Origin: Ferroacidibacillus organovorans
GTDB taxonomy: Bacteria > Bacillota > Bacilli > Alicyclobacillales > SLC66
Assembly (NCBI RefSeq): GCF_001642725.1
Contig: NZ_LSUQ01000007.1
Location: 1 to 64,000, forward strand
Direction of reading: 5' to 3'
Length of the DNA: 64,000 bases
A program made the translations under genes and the position numbers. Positions within the stretch are counted from its first letter, which is position 1; every line of letters begins with the position of its first letter. The notes beneath the pieces are model-generated. The model made no database searches and had not been told where the DNA came from. It saw only the letters and a list, made by a program, of their open reading frames with translations. Shown one piece after another: positions 30,501 through 40,000 of this stretch.

Positions 30501-31181
30501 ATGGAATACAACGTTCGCCACGTTCAGGATTTCCTTAAAAAAGCAACGCGAATTCTTGCCATTACAGGAGCCGGCATCAGTCGCGCGAGCGGACTGCCTG
30601 TGATGTCGAGTGAGTTTTATGGCATCCGACTCGAACATTTGTTTAGCCTTGAGCACGCCCAACGTCACCAAAATGAGTTTGAACGATATTATCGTAAAAT
30701 GACAACAGAATTTTTACACGCAGAACCTAACGCGGCACATCGCACACTTGCCCGCCACGGTGTTCATGTCATCACGCAGAACATTGATGGACTCGATCGT
30801 CGCGCAGGAAACAAAAACGTCATCGAACTGCACGGCAACCTTCACGCGGTCCGTTGCAGAACGTGCGGATACCGTTTGCCTGTCTTTCAAATGACAGCAA
30901 GTACTTGGCAGTGCATGCGATGTCACGGCGCATTGTGGCCAGATGTCGTTCTCGAGGGGGAAGCCGTTTACGATCTTTGGAAAGCGGTTTGCCTCGCTTC
31001 GACGTGCAGTGCTGCATTAGTCGTTGGAACACGACTGGAAATGTCTCCCCTCGTCAAACTGCTGGCCATTCTACGCAGTCGACACGTTCCGATTTGGCAG
31101 ATCAACGAAACGGCAGAACAGCTCGTGCCTATCCTTTTTCAGGCGAGAGAATTGGACGATGAGTGCGTTACGTTGGTGTAA
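30501..31181 (+). CDS. Sir2-family NAD-dependent deacylase
   Basis: TGAGISRASG, TQNIDGL, ELHG, CxxC...CxxC, PDVVL, VVGT. Confidence 0.85.
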   Translation: MEYNVRHVQDFLKKATRILAITGAGISRASGLPVMSSEFYGIRLEHLFSLEHAQRHQNEFERYYRKMTTEFLHAEPNAAHRTLARHGVHVITQNIDGLDRRAGNKNVIELHGNLHAVRCRTCGYRLPVFQMTASTWQCMRCHGALWPDVVLEGEAVYDLWKAVCLASTCSAALVVGTRLEMSPLVKLLAILRSRHVPIWQINETAEQLVPILFQARELDDECVTLV

Positions 31182-31473
31182 CACCTGTTTGCAGTGTGAT
31201 TTTTTCAAGCACTCTTTCTGCAAAGTCAAAAGGCGTATCGGTGTCTCGGACCTCTTCTCGCATCAAAATTTCGACACATCCGTCAAACGCTGCTTTGGCG
31301 GATTCATACCCGGTAAATGTGAATGTGCCAGTCTCAAAGGCTTCCTCGGGGTCGTACACATACATCACATATCCTGCATCAGTTTCGTGAAGGTCAATGT
31401 CAAATGTTCTTAACTCGCCTTCAATCGATTTTGAAAGTACCGTGCGTTCAAGGAGGGTGCGGGCATTTCTCAC
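31168..31473 (-). CDS. hypothetical acidic protein
   Basis: GGAGTG RBS before GTG, protein-like composition, convergent overlap with the sirtuin. Confidence 0.6.
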   Translation of the reverse strand: MRNARTLLERTVLSKSIEGELRTFDIDLHETDAGYVMYVYDPEEAFETGTFTFTGYESAKAAFDGCVEILMREEVRDTDTPFDFAERVLEKITLQTGVTPT

Positions 31474-31599
31474 AGTCGTTCACTCCGGAGTTTGACTTTT
31501 GTAATGAAGTGGAAATGAATTGCTCATTTCTCCACACCTTGAAGTATACTATACCTAGGGCATGTACAGCGCGGGAAACGCGAGAGGGAGTCAGCCAAG

Positions 31600-33009
31600 T
31601 TGAATATTCACCTATCGGGGCACAGCGCACAGCCAGCGGCCTGCCATATCGAACTGATTCATACAAATTCCTTTTCATCTTTATCAGCTCGCGGCGTCGC
31701 GAAACGTCACAGCACACGCCACAACATCTCCTTATTTCACGAACGTGATGCATCGCTGATCACCGTTGGGCTTGGCGATCCTTCAACGGTGGATGAAGAA
31801 ACGCTGCGCGATGCCGCAGGACTGGCGATTCGCGCGGCTGCCAAAGAAGAGTGGGAAGATGTGTCGATCGGACTACCCCATCTCTTGGAGGCAGAGCGGG
31901 AGATCCATTGTCTGGTCGAAGGGGTGGCGCTTGGCGCGTATCGTTTTGACCGTTACCAATCCAAGAAAGACACGCACCTCGTAAAAACAGTGACGCTAAT
32001 GGCGGATGAACGTCATGTTGCAACGCTTGCGCGCGCGCTCGCCTTTGTGCGGGGAACGATGCTTGCGCGCGATTTGGTCAATGAACCACCCAATCGCCTG
32101 CGACCGGCTACCTTAGCCGAGTTTGTCACACATCATTTCAGAGGAAGCAAAGCGGAAGTCACAGTACTAGCTGGCCAGCAACTGATCGATCAGCAGATGA
32201 ACGGTCTGATCGCAGTCGGAAAAGGGAGTGAATACCCCCCGCGATTTATTCAAGTCACCTATGCAACCGACCCCACGCGACCGCTGATTGCGCTCGTAGG
32301 AAAAGGCGTGACCTTTGATACAGGAGGAATTTCGCTCAAAGGGGGGCGAGACATCTCCAATATGCGAATGGATATGGGCGGGGCAGGCGCCGTGATTGGC
32401 GCGCTTGATATTCTCATCCAGCTTGATCTACCGTGCAATGTTGTCGGATTGATCGCGGCGACGGAAAACATACCTGACGCGGGCTCGATGCTTCCGGGTG
32501 AATTGATTCAATATCGAAACGGCACATCTGTTCAAGTCGCAAATACGGATGCAGAGGGGCGACTTATTTTGGCGGACGCGCTCATCCGTGCACAAGAATT
32601 ACATGCGAGTGAAGTGCTCGATATTGCAACGCTCACAGGATCTGCGGCGGCTGCGCTGGGCTCGCGCTATGCGGCAGTCTTTGGCGGCGACGACATCGTT
32701 TCAGGCGTAAAAGAGGCAGGGCTTCGGTCTGGCGATTATGTTTGGCAAATGCCTCTCCCGGAGAGTTATCGCGAGCAATTGAAGAGCGTTTATGCAGATC
32801 TTTCGAACATTGGTAAAGGGCAGGGTGGAGCGATTGTCGCGGCACTGTTTCTAAAGCAATTTGTCGCAGACGATCAAGCGTGGGCACATATCGACATGGC
32901 GGGCCCGATGGAGTCAGAAAAAACAGCCGGATATCGTCCACATGGAGCGACAGGCTATGGCGCCAGATTGCTTGCAGAGTACGTGTTAAAGCGAGTTGGG
33001 CATGCTTAA
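31600..33009 (+). CDS. leucyl aminopeptidase (M17)
   Basis: VGKGVTFDTGG, MDMGGA, NTDAEGRL, ATLTG, HIDMAG. Confidence 0.93.
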   Translation: MNIHLSGHSAQPAACHIELIHTNSFSSLSARGVAKRHSTRHNISLFHERDASLITVGLGDPSTVDEETLRDAAGLAIRAAAKEEWEDVSIGLPHLLEAEREIHCLVEGVALGAYRFDRYQSKKDTHLVKTVTLMADERHVATLARALAFVRGTMLARDLVNEPPNRLRPATLAEFVTHHFRGSKAEVTVLAGQQLIDQQMNGLIAVGKGSEYPPRFIQVTYATDPTRPLIALVGKGVTFDTGGISLKGGRDISNMRMDMGGAGAVIGALDILIQLDLPCNVVGLIAATENIPDAGSMLPGELIQYRNGTSVQVANTDAEGRLILADALIRAQELHASEVLDIATLTGSAAAALGSRYAAVFGGDDIVSGVKEAGLRSGDYVWQMPLPESYREQLKSVYADLSNIGKGQGGAIVAALFLKQFVADDQAWAHIDMAGPMESEKTAGYRPHGATGYGARLLAEYVLKRVGHA

Positions 33010-33119
33010 AACACGTGTCTCGAAGCGTCAGACATCCAAGAATCGTTTCTTCTGAGAAATAATTCCCAGAGCGATGATTTACGTGCCCCAAGAGTCGTGA
33101 TATCTTGTATACTGATCAG

Positions 33120-33250
33120 AGAGCGCGAAACAACAGTGCTTTGCATGAGTTTACGTTTTCAAATCCGGTTGGTTTACCAAGGAAACGTATCCTCGTGGTT
33201 CGGAACGCGAAACGGACATGACCTTACGGCATGTCCGTTTCGCGTAGGAA
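33120..33250 (+). other. structured 5' leader / candidate cis-regulatory RNA
   Basis: nested stems CATGAG/CTCGTG, ACGTTTTC/GGAAACGT and TTGGT/ACCAA, then perfect 16-bp hairpin 33205-33245. Confidence 0.4.
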
Positions 33251-33275
33251 TTTTGCGTTGAAAGAGGAGAGAGCG

Positions 33276-33635
33276 ATGAAATACGGTCTGATTCTTGACC
33301 CGAGTCGAAAAGCAAAGCCAGCCAAACAACTCTTTGAGTGGGTAAAAAAACTCAATCCCGAATCGCAGTTAAAAGACGTCGTCGTCATGGATTTCCCTGT
33401 CATCGCAGGCTTTGAGATTCCATTGCTTGAGCGCAATCGCGTTCTTTCGCTCGCTTTGCAGGATGAACATATGAGTCCATACTTCAAAACGGATATGAAC
33501 CTCTTTCAGCTTCTGATGATGGATGAGTCGATTGCCATGAACATTTATCGCACAACAGATGGAACGCTTTTCCTTTTTGAAGGTTTGCCAGATGTACCTC
33601 AACCTTTTGGCGCGCACGGTCACGATCTTCGATAG
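33276..33635 (+). CDS. hypothetical protein (119 aa)
   Basis: AAAGAGGAG RBS, ATG; no motif recognised. Confidence 0.7.
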   Translation: MKYGLILDPSRKAKPAKQLFEWVKKLNPESQLKDVVVMDFPVIAGFEIPLLERNRVLSLALQDEHMSPYFKTDMNLFQLLMMDESIAMNIYRTTDGTLFLFEGLPDVPQPFGAHGHDLR

Positions 33636-34285
33636 TGAAGCTCGCGTTGTTTCTCAATCCGCAGTTCGTGCATCGCGTACGCCACAATGACCATGAGGTA
33701 AAAAGCGAGCGCTAGGTTCCAAACGTAGCCCTGCGACATGGCGAACGCATCGTAAAATCCATGCAAAAGCGCGGGGATGGCAAAAGCAGGCCAGCGACTT
33801 GCGCCAAAGAAACGTGCGCGCGCAAAACGTGAGCCCATGATGACTGCAAACACTGCGTGCGCGGGGACTGCCGTAAAAGCGCGGACAAACGCGGTGTCAA
33901 TTCCAGAACTCGTGACATAGAGCACGTTTTCAACGGCAGCGAAGCCGAGGCCAATCGCACCTGCATACACAATTCCGTCATACGGTTCCTCAAAAAAGGG
34001 TTTGCGGTCGACAAGGCGCAAAAAACAGAGCGCTTTTAGTCCTTCTTCGACGACTCCGGCCACAAAAAAAGCGGAGATCATTGTATAAATGAACCCTTGT
34101 TGTGGATCAGGCGTCAGACTGTACAGATCGAGAAGGGTGCGTTCTGCGATTCCGGCAGGCAAGACGACGACCGCACCGACAAGAAAAAATCGAAAGACAA
34201 GCCCCGGCGGTTCGCGGTGTCGATCCAAGCGATAAAGAATAAAGAGAAATGCGAGCGCTGGCAATAATCCTGCGATGACCAACAA
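33620..34285 (-). CDS. prsW: PrsW-family intramembrane metalloprotease
   Basis: EEGLK, GFAAVEN, HAVF and HGFYD motifs. Confidence 0.85.
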   Translation of the reverse strand: MLVIAGLLPALAFLFILYRLDRHREPPGLVFRFFLVGAVVVLPAGIAERTLLDLYSLTPDPQQGFIYTMISAFFVAGVVEEGLKALCFLRLVDRKPFFEEPYDGIVYAGAIGLGFAAVENVLYVTSSGIDTAFVRAFTAVPAHAVFAVIMGSRFARARFFGASRWPAFAIPALLHGFYDAFAMSQGYVWNLALAFYLMVIVAYAMHELRIEKQRELHYRRS

Positions 34286-34368
34286 CGTGGATCACTCCTT
34301 TGACGTAGTATGCTTCATTCACGGCTGACCATTTCGTAGCTCATAAAATTTGTGAAGGGGCGGTTTAA

Positions 34369-35160
34369 ATGAATGGTTACATCAAACAACTGAACCACAG
34401 CGTAAACGACGATGAGGTTCAGTATTCCTTGCAATTAGGAGAAGAGACTGCGTCGGTCAACGCTTGGATTGGTCGCCGCATCCACATTCGATTTTTGGGA
34501 GAGCGGCACTGTATTGCGTGTGGGCGCGCCGTAAAGAAACTGTTTCAAAACGGGTATTGCTTCCCATGTGTCACTACACTTGCTGAAACGGATTTGTGCA
34601 TTGTAAAACCGCATCAATGCCATTTTGCTCAGGGGACGTGCCGAGATGAGTCATTCGCGCAGACGCATTGTATGATTCCGCACACGGTGTATCTCTCCTT
34701 GAGCAGCCAAGCAAAAGTAGGAATCACGCGAATGGGACGCGAACTGCAGAGATGGGTTGATCAGGGCGCTGTTCAGGCGGTTGCGATTGCGCGAACACCG
34801 ACGCGAATGCGTTCAGGAGAAATGGAAGTCGAAATTGCACAGAATATGCCTGACAAGACAGACTGGAGAAAAATGGTCAGAGGGGTTCATGAAGAGGTTG
34901 ATCTTTTGCAATTGGCAGAGAAGGTAGCAGGGAATGTGTCGGAATCGTTTCAGTCTTATCTCTTAGATCAACATGTATTAAAGCGGTTTAACTACCCTGT
35001 CTTACCTGATGTAACCATCAAGGCGGTCTCTAAGAACATTGAAAAAGAAGAGGTAACATCCGATCTCATCGGCGTACGTGGGCAATACCTTCTTTTTAGT
35101 GACGGTGTTTTGAATGTCAAAAAATTCGCCGGTTACCACGTAGCGCTTGATGTATCATAA
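34369..35160 (+). CDS. DUF2797 Cys-rich domain protein
   Basis: CIACG, GYCFPC, CHF..GTCRD, KVGITR, RWVDQGA. Confidence 0.85.
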   Translation: MNGYIKQLNHSVNDDEVQYSLQLGEETASVNAWIGRRIHIRFLGERHCIACGRAVKKLFQNGYCFPCVTTLAETDLCIVKPHQCHFAQGTCRDESFAQTHCMIPHTVYLSLSSQAKVGITRMGRELQRWVDQGAVQAVAIARTPTRMRSGEMEVEIAQNMPDKTDWRKMVRGVHEEVDLLQLAEKVAGNVSESFQSYLLDQHVLKRFNYPVLPDVTIKAVSKNIEKEEVTSDLIGVRGQYLLFSDGVLNVKKFAGYHVALDVS

Positions 35161-35285
35161 CGCCACTATAAAGTGATTCTCCAAATAAAGCGGCAAAGAG
35201 CATTTTTTACTCTGTGATACATGAGCTCACACCTTAAGGGTACGCTATCCCTAAGAGTAAAATGGATCGTGTGAGGAGGGTGCGC

Positions 35286-35453
35286 ATGACGTGGGTATAT
35301 GAGGCACGGCTTTATGATTCGCGATCCGTGGCGAATTACGTGGCGATGTGCGTGCGTGATGATCAGGTTTTACGAGGATATCGCAAACCTTTAGTGCAAA
35401 TTTATCGGACGAGAAAGGGGAACTTTGGTGTTCGCTACCAACCTCTGGCTTGA
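35286..35453 (+). CDS. 55-aa basic protein, paralog of 24218-24382
   Basis: GAGGAGGG RBS before ATG; alignable with 24218 ORF. Confidence 0.8.
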   Translation: MTWVYEARLYDSRSVANYVAMCVRDDQVLRGYRKPLVQIYRTRKGNFGVRYQPLA

Positions 35454-35543
35454 AGGAAACGTCAGTGCCTGACTTTCTCTGACTCGTTTCATAGAGTACA
35501 ATAGAGGCGATCGATCCTGTCGTAAGAGGAGAGAATAGCGTCT

Positions 35544-35825
35544 ATGGCATTCGCGGTTCAACTCACATTTTGTAAAAAAAACCTCGCGCTTTATAGCCAG
35601 AGTGTGCTTGAAGCGATTTCACACGATTATCCGGACGTGGAGATCGAATTGAAGGACTGCGCAGATGTTTGTGGCACGTGCACCGACATTCCATTTGCAC
35701 TCCGCAATGGCGCACTCATTGGTGGAAGAGATCCGCGTGATCTATACAAAAAATTAGAGCGCGGAATGAGATTTTTATCCGAAGATAAACTCCCTGGGAC
35801 AGCAGGATATGTTGAAGTAAAGTGA
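35544..35825 (+). CDS. DUF1450 (YuzB-like) small Cys protein
   Basis: FC..N, CxxxCxxC, PFALRNG. Confidence 0.75.
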   Translation: MAFAVQLTFCKKNLALYSQSVLEAISHDYPDVEIELKDCADVCGTCTDIPFALRNGALIGGRDPRDLYKKLERGMRFLSEDKLPGTAGYVEVK

Positions 35826-35936
35826 CCTTCACACTGTAGACATTCCGCGATTTTACTGGTGACACAGGCATATATCCCACACCGAAACATCCACCTCGAA
35901 TAGGATGACGTTAGTCAAACGTTCGAGGTGGTTTCT

Positions 35937-36686
35937 TTGCAGCGAAAAAAAGGATCAGCGTCAAGCGCGGCCAAAGGACTGCGGGCACGAACACCGCGCA
36001 ACCTGCGGATGCCCGATTTTGTATCCATCGTCGATCAGTGTAAGGATGCAGTTGTCAATATTGAAGTTGCTCATGAACGCACGCGCAATCGGCAAATTCG
36101 CAGTCCATTTGGATTGCCGTTCGACATGTTTATCGAACAAGAACCGCGTGCGATGAACATCGGTACGGGTTTTATTTTTGATGAACGCGGCTACATTTTA
36201 ACAAACGAACACGTCATTCACGGGGCTTCACGAGTTCACGTCAAAATGCGAAATCAAGATCGAAAGCTGATCGCTCAAGTTGTTGGAACAAATTATGAAC
36301 ATGATTTGGCTGTTCTTAAAGTCGATCTTCCAAAAACGATTCGCATTTTGCGTCTTGGAAAGTCAAAGGATGTGCAAGTTGGCGAGTGGGTAATGGCAGT
36401 CGGCAATCCGTTGGGGCTTGATCACTCTGTTACAGTTGGCATTATTAGCGCCAAAGAAAGGCCTATGCAGATTGGTGATCGCTCCTACCCACACCTTTTG
36501 CAGACAGACGCGGCAATCAACCGCGGCAATTCTGGCGGACCTCTGATCAGCCTGCGCGGTGAAGTGATTGGCATTAACACGGCTGTAAGTCAGAGTTCAC
36601 AGGGAATCGGTTTTGCCATCGCGATTGATGTCGTACGCGATGCGCTTCCTGAAATGATGGGGAAGAGATACCGCCAGAGTGTTTGA
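35937..36686 (+). CDS. trypsin-like (HtrA/S1C) serine protease lacking PDZ and TM
   Basis: TNEHV, DLAVL, GNPLG, QTDAAINRGNSGGPL. Confidence 0.88.
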   Translation: MQRKKGSASSAAKGLRARTPRNLRMPDFVSIVDQCKDAVVNIEVAHERTRNRQIRSPFGLPFDMFIEQEPRAMNIGTGFIFDERGYILTNEHVIHGASRVHVKMRNQDRKLIAQVVGTNYEHDLAVLKVDLPKTIRILRLGKSKDVQVGEWVMAVGNPLGLDHSVTVGIISAKERPMQIGDRSYPHLLQTDAAINRGNSGGPLISLRGEVIGINTAVSQSSQGIGFAIAIDVVRDALPEMMGKRYRQSV

Positions 36687-36702
36687 GTCCTCGCGTGAAA
36701 AC

Positions 36703-36764
36703 AATCGGTTCTATTTCCAAATTGGATTGTCACATAATAAGTCCAATTTGGATAGACCGATTTT
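36703..36764 (+). terminator. long hairpin after protease gene
   Basis: AATCGGT..CCAAATTGGA / TCCAATTTGG..ACCGATT inverted repeat. Confidence 0.55.
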
Positions 36765-36836
36765 CGGATTGATCACATTTAAGACAAATTTGAACGCGCA
36801 ATCGCTTTCGGGGTAGCGTTATGAACATAAAGTGGA

Positions 36837-36865
36837 TTGCATTCCTATGCAATGCACGCTATAGT
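36837..36865 (+). promoter_or_regulatory. sigma-A promoter of glutamate synthase leader
   Basis: TTGCAT-N17-TATAGT, 11 nt before the riboswitch. Confidence 0.7.
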
Positions 36866-36876
36866 AAAATTACAGA

Positions 36877-37012
36877 GGAAGTGCACCTAGGGATCCGGCC
36901 TGATGCATGTTTCGGGACAGGACCAAGCGGTGCAAGCGTGCTAATGCTACACCGTGAGTATAAAAGACTCGGCGGAGAGGTTCCCTGAAAAGGGCGTTTC
37001 TTCGCCTTTTGT
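36877..37012 (+). ncRNA. ykkC-motif riboswitch (subtype 2a ppGpp by gene context; 2b not excluded) with overlapping terminator
   Basis: GGAAGTGCACCTAGGGATCC...GGACCAAGCGGTGCA...ACACCGTGAGTATAAAAGACTCGGCGGAGAGGTTCC; terminator GGCGGAGAGG..CCCT-GAAA-AGGG..TTTCTTCGCC-TTTT. Confidence 0.88.
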
Positions 37013-37071
37013 ATATCTAAATCAGATGGTTCAAATGGAGTTCGTCAGATTCAAGTAAAGGAGTCGATACC

Positions 37072-40000
37072 ATGGCCTTTCTAGAGAGAGAAGAGCACGA
37101 CGCGTGTGGGATTGTCGCTTGGGTAGAAAAAGGAGCACAACCGACGCGCGCGAATGTTGAACGAGTATTACGCGCACTTGATCAAATGAAGCACAGAGCC
37201 GGTTTTGTGGAAGAAGAAGGCGATGGCTCAGGCATTTTGGTGGATTTACCGCGCGCGATCTGGGTAAAAAAATTAGGCGGGGACGTTGTCGCGCGTCAGC
37301 TTGTCGCAAATCCTTTATTCGCCGTCGCGCACGTTTTACTTACGGATGAAATGAAATCGAGCGAAGGTACAGCAGTTGATGTTGAGACTGTCGCGCAAAA
37401 CGTGCCGCTCATGGCGGAGGCTGCGGGCTTTTCACTTTGTAAGGTGGTCATTGACCCCGTCCACGCAGAGGCGCTAGGTCCGGGCGGGCGTAAAGAAGGA
37501 ATTCACTTTCTCCAATTTGCATTTTTATACAACGACGCAACCGCTACAGCGGAACGAGTAGACGCTGCCTGTTATCGATTATTAAAGGAGATTGAAACGC
37601 AACTGAGAGTCCATGTGGCTTCTCTATCGTCTCAATCCACGGTGTATAAAATTCGCGGAGATAGCGACACACTTCGCGCTTATTACACGGATTTAAATGA
37701 CGAGTCTTTTGTGAGTCGCATTACGATTGGACACAATCGCTATTCAACGAATACAACGACGTCTAGCGAGCGCGTTCAACCTTTCACACTGCTCGGTCAC
37801 AATGGTGAATTGAACACGATTCATCGCTTGCGTGAGGAGTCGCGCATGGTCAACATTGAGACGGTCTCTGGAGGTAGTGATTCACAGGATCTCGACCGTT
37901 TTCTTGAAGGTCTGATTCACAACTATTCGTATTCACTCATCGAAGCCATGGAAATTGCGTTCCCGCCGATCATTCATGAAATCAAGCAAATGAGCCTACC
38001 ACTTCAGGATCTCTACATGTATATTCGATCGCTGTTCGGTCCGTTTGCTCAAGGACCTGCAGGAATCGTATCGCGCCACGGGAGAGAAGCCGTGTTCTCT
38101 GTGGATGCGATGGGACTACGCCCGCTTTGGATGGTCGAGACAGACGCAAGCTTAATTTTTTCAAGTGAACAGGGCGTTGTTTCACTTTCTGAAATGATTC
38201 ACGATCCGCGCCCCCTCTCGCCAGGAGAGAAGATTTATCTCGAATTGCCGCCTGGGGAACCGACGATTGTGCACGCGTATCCAGATGCTCAGCATTTGGT
38301 GCATGCCCGTATGCGTGAACGTCATGAGATAAAGGGCTACGGCCAAGGCGTGTCGTTTCACGGACCACTGGTTTGGGGTGATACGCACTTGACGCCAAAC
38401 CGCGCTACGGACGGAACGCGTGAAGCGCGAATGGCTGTGTTCGGCTGGGATCAGGAAGATGTGCGCAATTTAGAGGCGCAGACGGCGAATGGGGCGGAGC
38501 CGATTCGCTCGCTCGGATTTGATGGACCGCTCGCCGCTTTGTCAGCGGAACGTCAGAATCTGAGCGACTATTTGAAAGAAACCGTCGCGGTGGTGACCAA
38601 TCCAGCTGTTGATCGCGAGCGAGAGATTGAACATTTTTCAACGCGTGTCGTGCTCGGCGGTCGGCCACATATCGATGGTTCATCGAAACATTTACTGCAC
38701 CTGGAACTGCAGAGCCCGCTGTTGTTGGGCGGACACAGTTTGCCTGAAGCAGACCGCTATCGCGCGCTCGCAACGAAAGTCGGCACCCAACTCTATGAAG
38801 ATGTCATTCGCTACTTCATGAGGGATGATGATGCACTGTGCGAAATTTATCCGCAGCTATTGCCGTCTGAAACAATCGAAGATGCTCTTGTGAGAATCGC
38901 AGAAGAAGTCGAGCAAGGTGTGCTGCGCGGCGCTCGTCTCTTTGTGCTTGATGATCGATTCTCTTTTGATGACGGTGGCACGTTTATCGATCCGGCACTT
39001 GCTGTCGCTAAGACGCATCGCGTGCTGCGTGAACTCGTCGTTGAAGGGCTGAGTGCAAGGCGGAGTGCCAGTGTGATTGTTCGCACAGGCGCTGTGCGAA
39101 ACTTGCACGATGTGATGGTTCTGGCCGGACTTGGCGCCGATGCGATCTGTCCCTACCTCTATATGGAGACAGCCTATGAGGTGGATGGGTGGAAGGGGAT
39201 CGAGAACGTATACGCTGCACTTACCAAAGGTGTAGAAAAGGTGTTGTCAACGCTTGGCATTCACGAATTGCGCGGGTATGATCGGTTGTTCAGCGCAATC
39301 GGCCTTTCTGAGACAATCGCCGACCTTCTGGAAATTCGCACTTTTTTTGGTGCGGGCTCAGGTGCAGATTTGATCTTCTTTGCGGATGTTGCGCGCGAAC
39401 GCGCATTGCTGCTAAAGCAACCCAAAGCTTCCGTTGCTCGTCCCTATCAATTGTGGCCGCGCATCTGGAAATCGGCTGGGGACGTCGCAGGCGGTACGCT
39501 CTCGTTTGAAGAATATTCGGCCAAACTACGTGAACTCGAGATAAAGCAGCCAATCTCTCTTCGCCATGTGCTCGACATCGTTCCACAGTCGAATAAACCA
39601 TCTCCTGATACCGTCGATCTATCTGTAGGCGATCACTCTCTTCCTTTTTTGATCAGTTCGATGTCGTTTGGTTCACAGAGCGAGATTGCATTTCGCTCCT
39701 ACGCCGAGGCGGCAAAGCGACTTGATATGCTCTCACTGAATGGCGAAGGTGGGGAGATCAAGGACATGCTCGGCAAATACGCAAAACATCGGGGACATCA
39801 GATTGCATCTGGACGATTCGGCGTCAACGCGGAGTTGTGTAATTCAGTGGATCTCCTGGAGATTAAAATCGGACAGGGAGCAAAGCCTGGTGAAGGCGGT
39901 CATTTGCCTGGTTCAAAGGTCTCGGTAAAGGTTGCTGCCGCAAGAAATGCGCGCCAAGGAACCGACCTCATTTCACCTTCGAACAATCACGATATTTATT

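Noticed and set aside
30501..31473. Sir2 plus neighbour as an anti-phage system (Thoeris/DSR-like)
   Set aside because: Short Zn-binding CobB-like sirtuin with no TIR, HerA or pAgo partner; the neighbour is convergent
36728..36745. TnrA/GlnR box upstream of glutamate synthase (TGTCA...)
   Set aside because: Right half does not match TNACA and it lies in a hairpin loop
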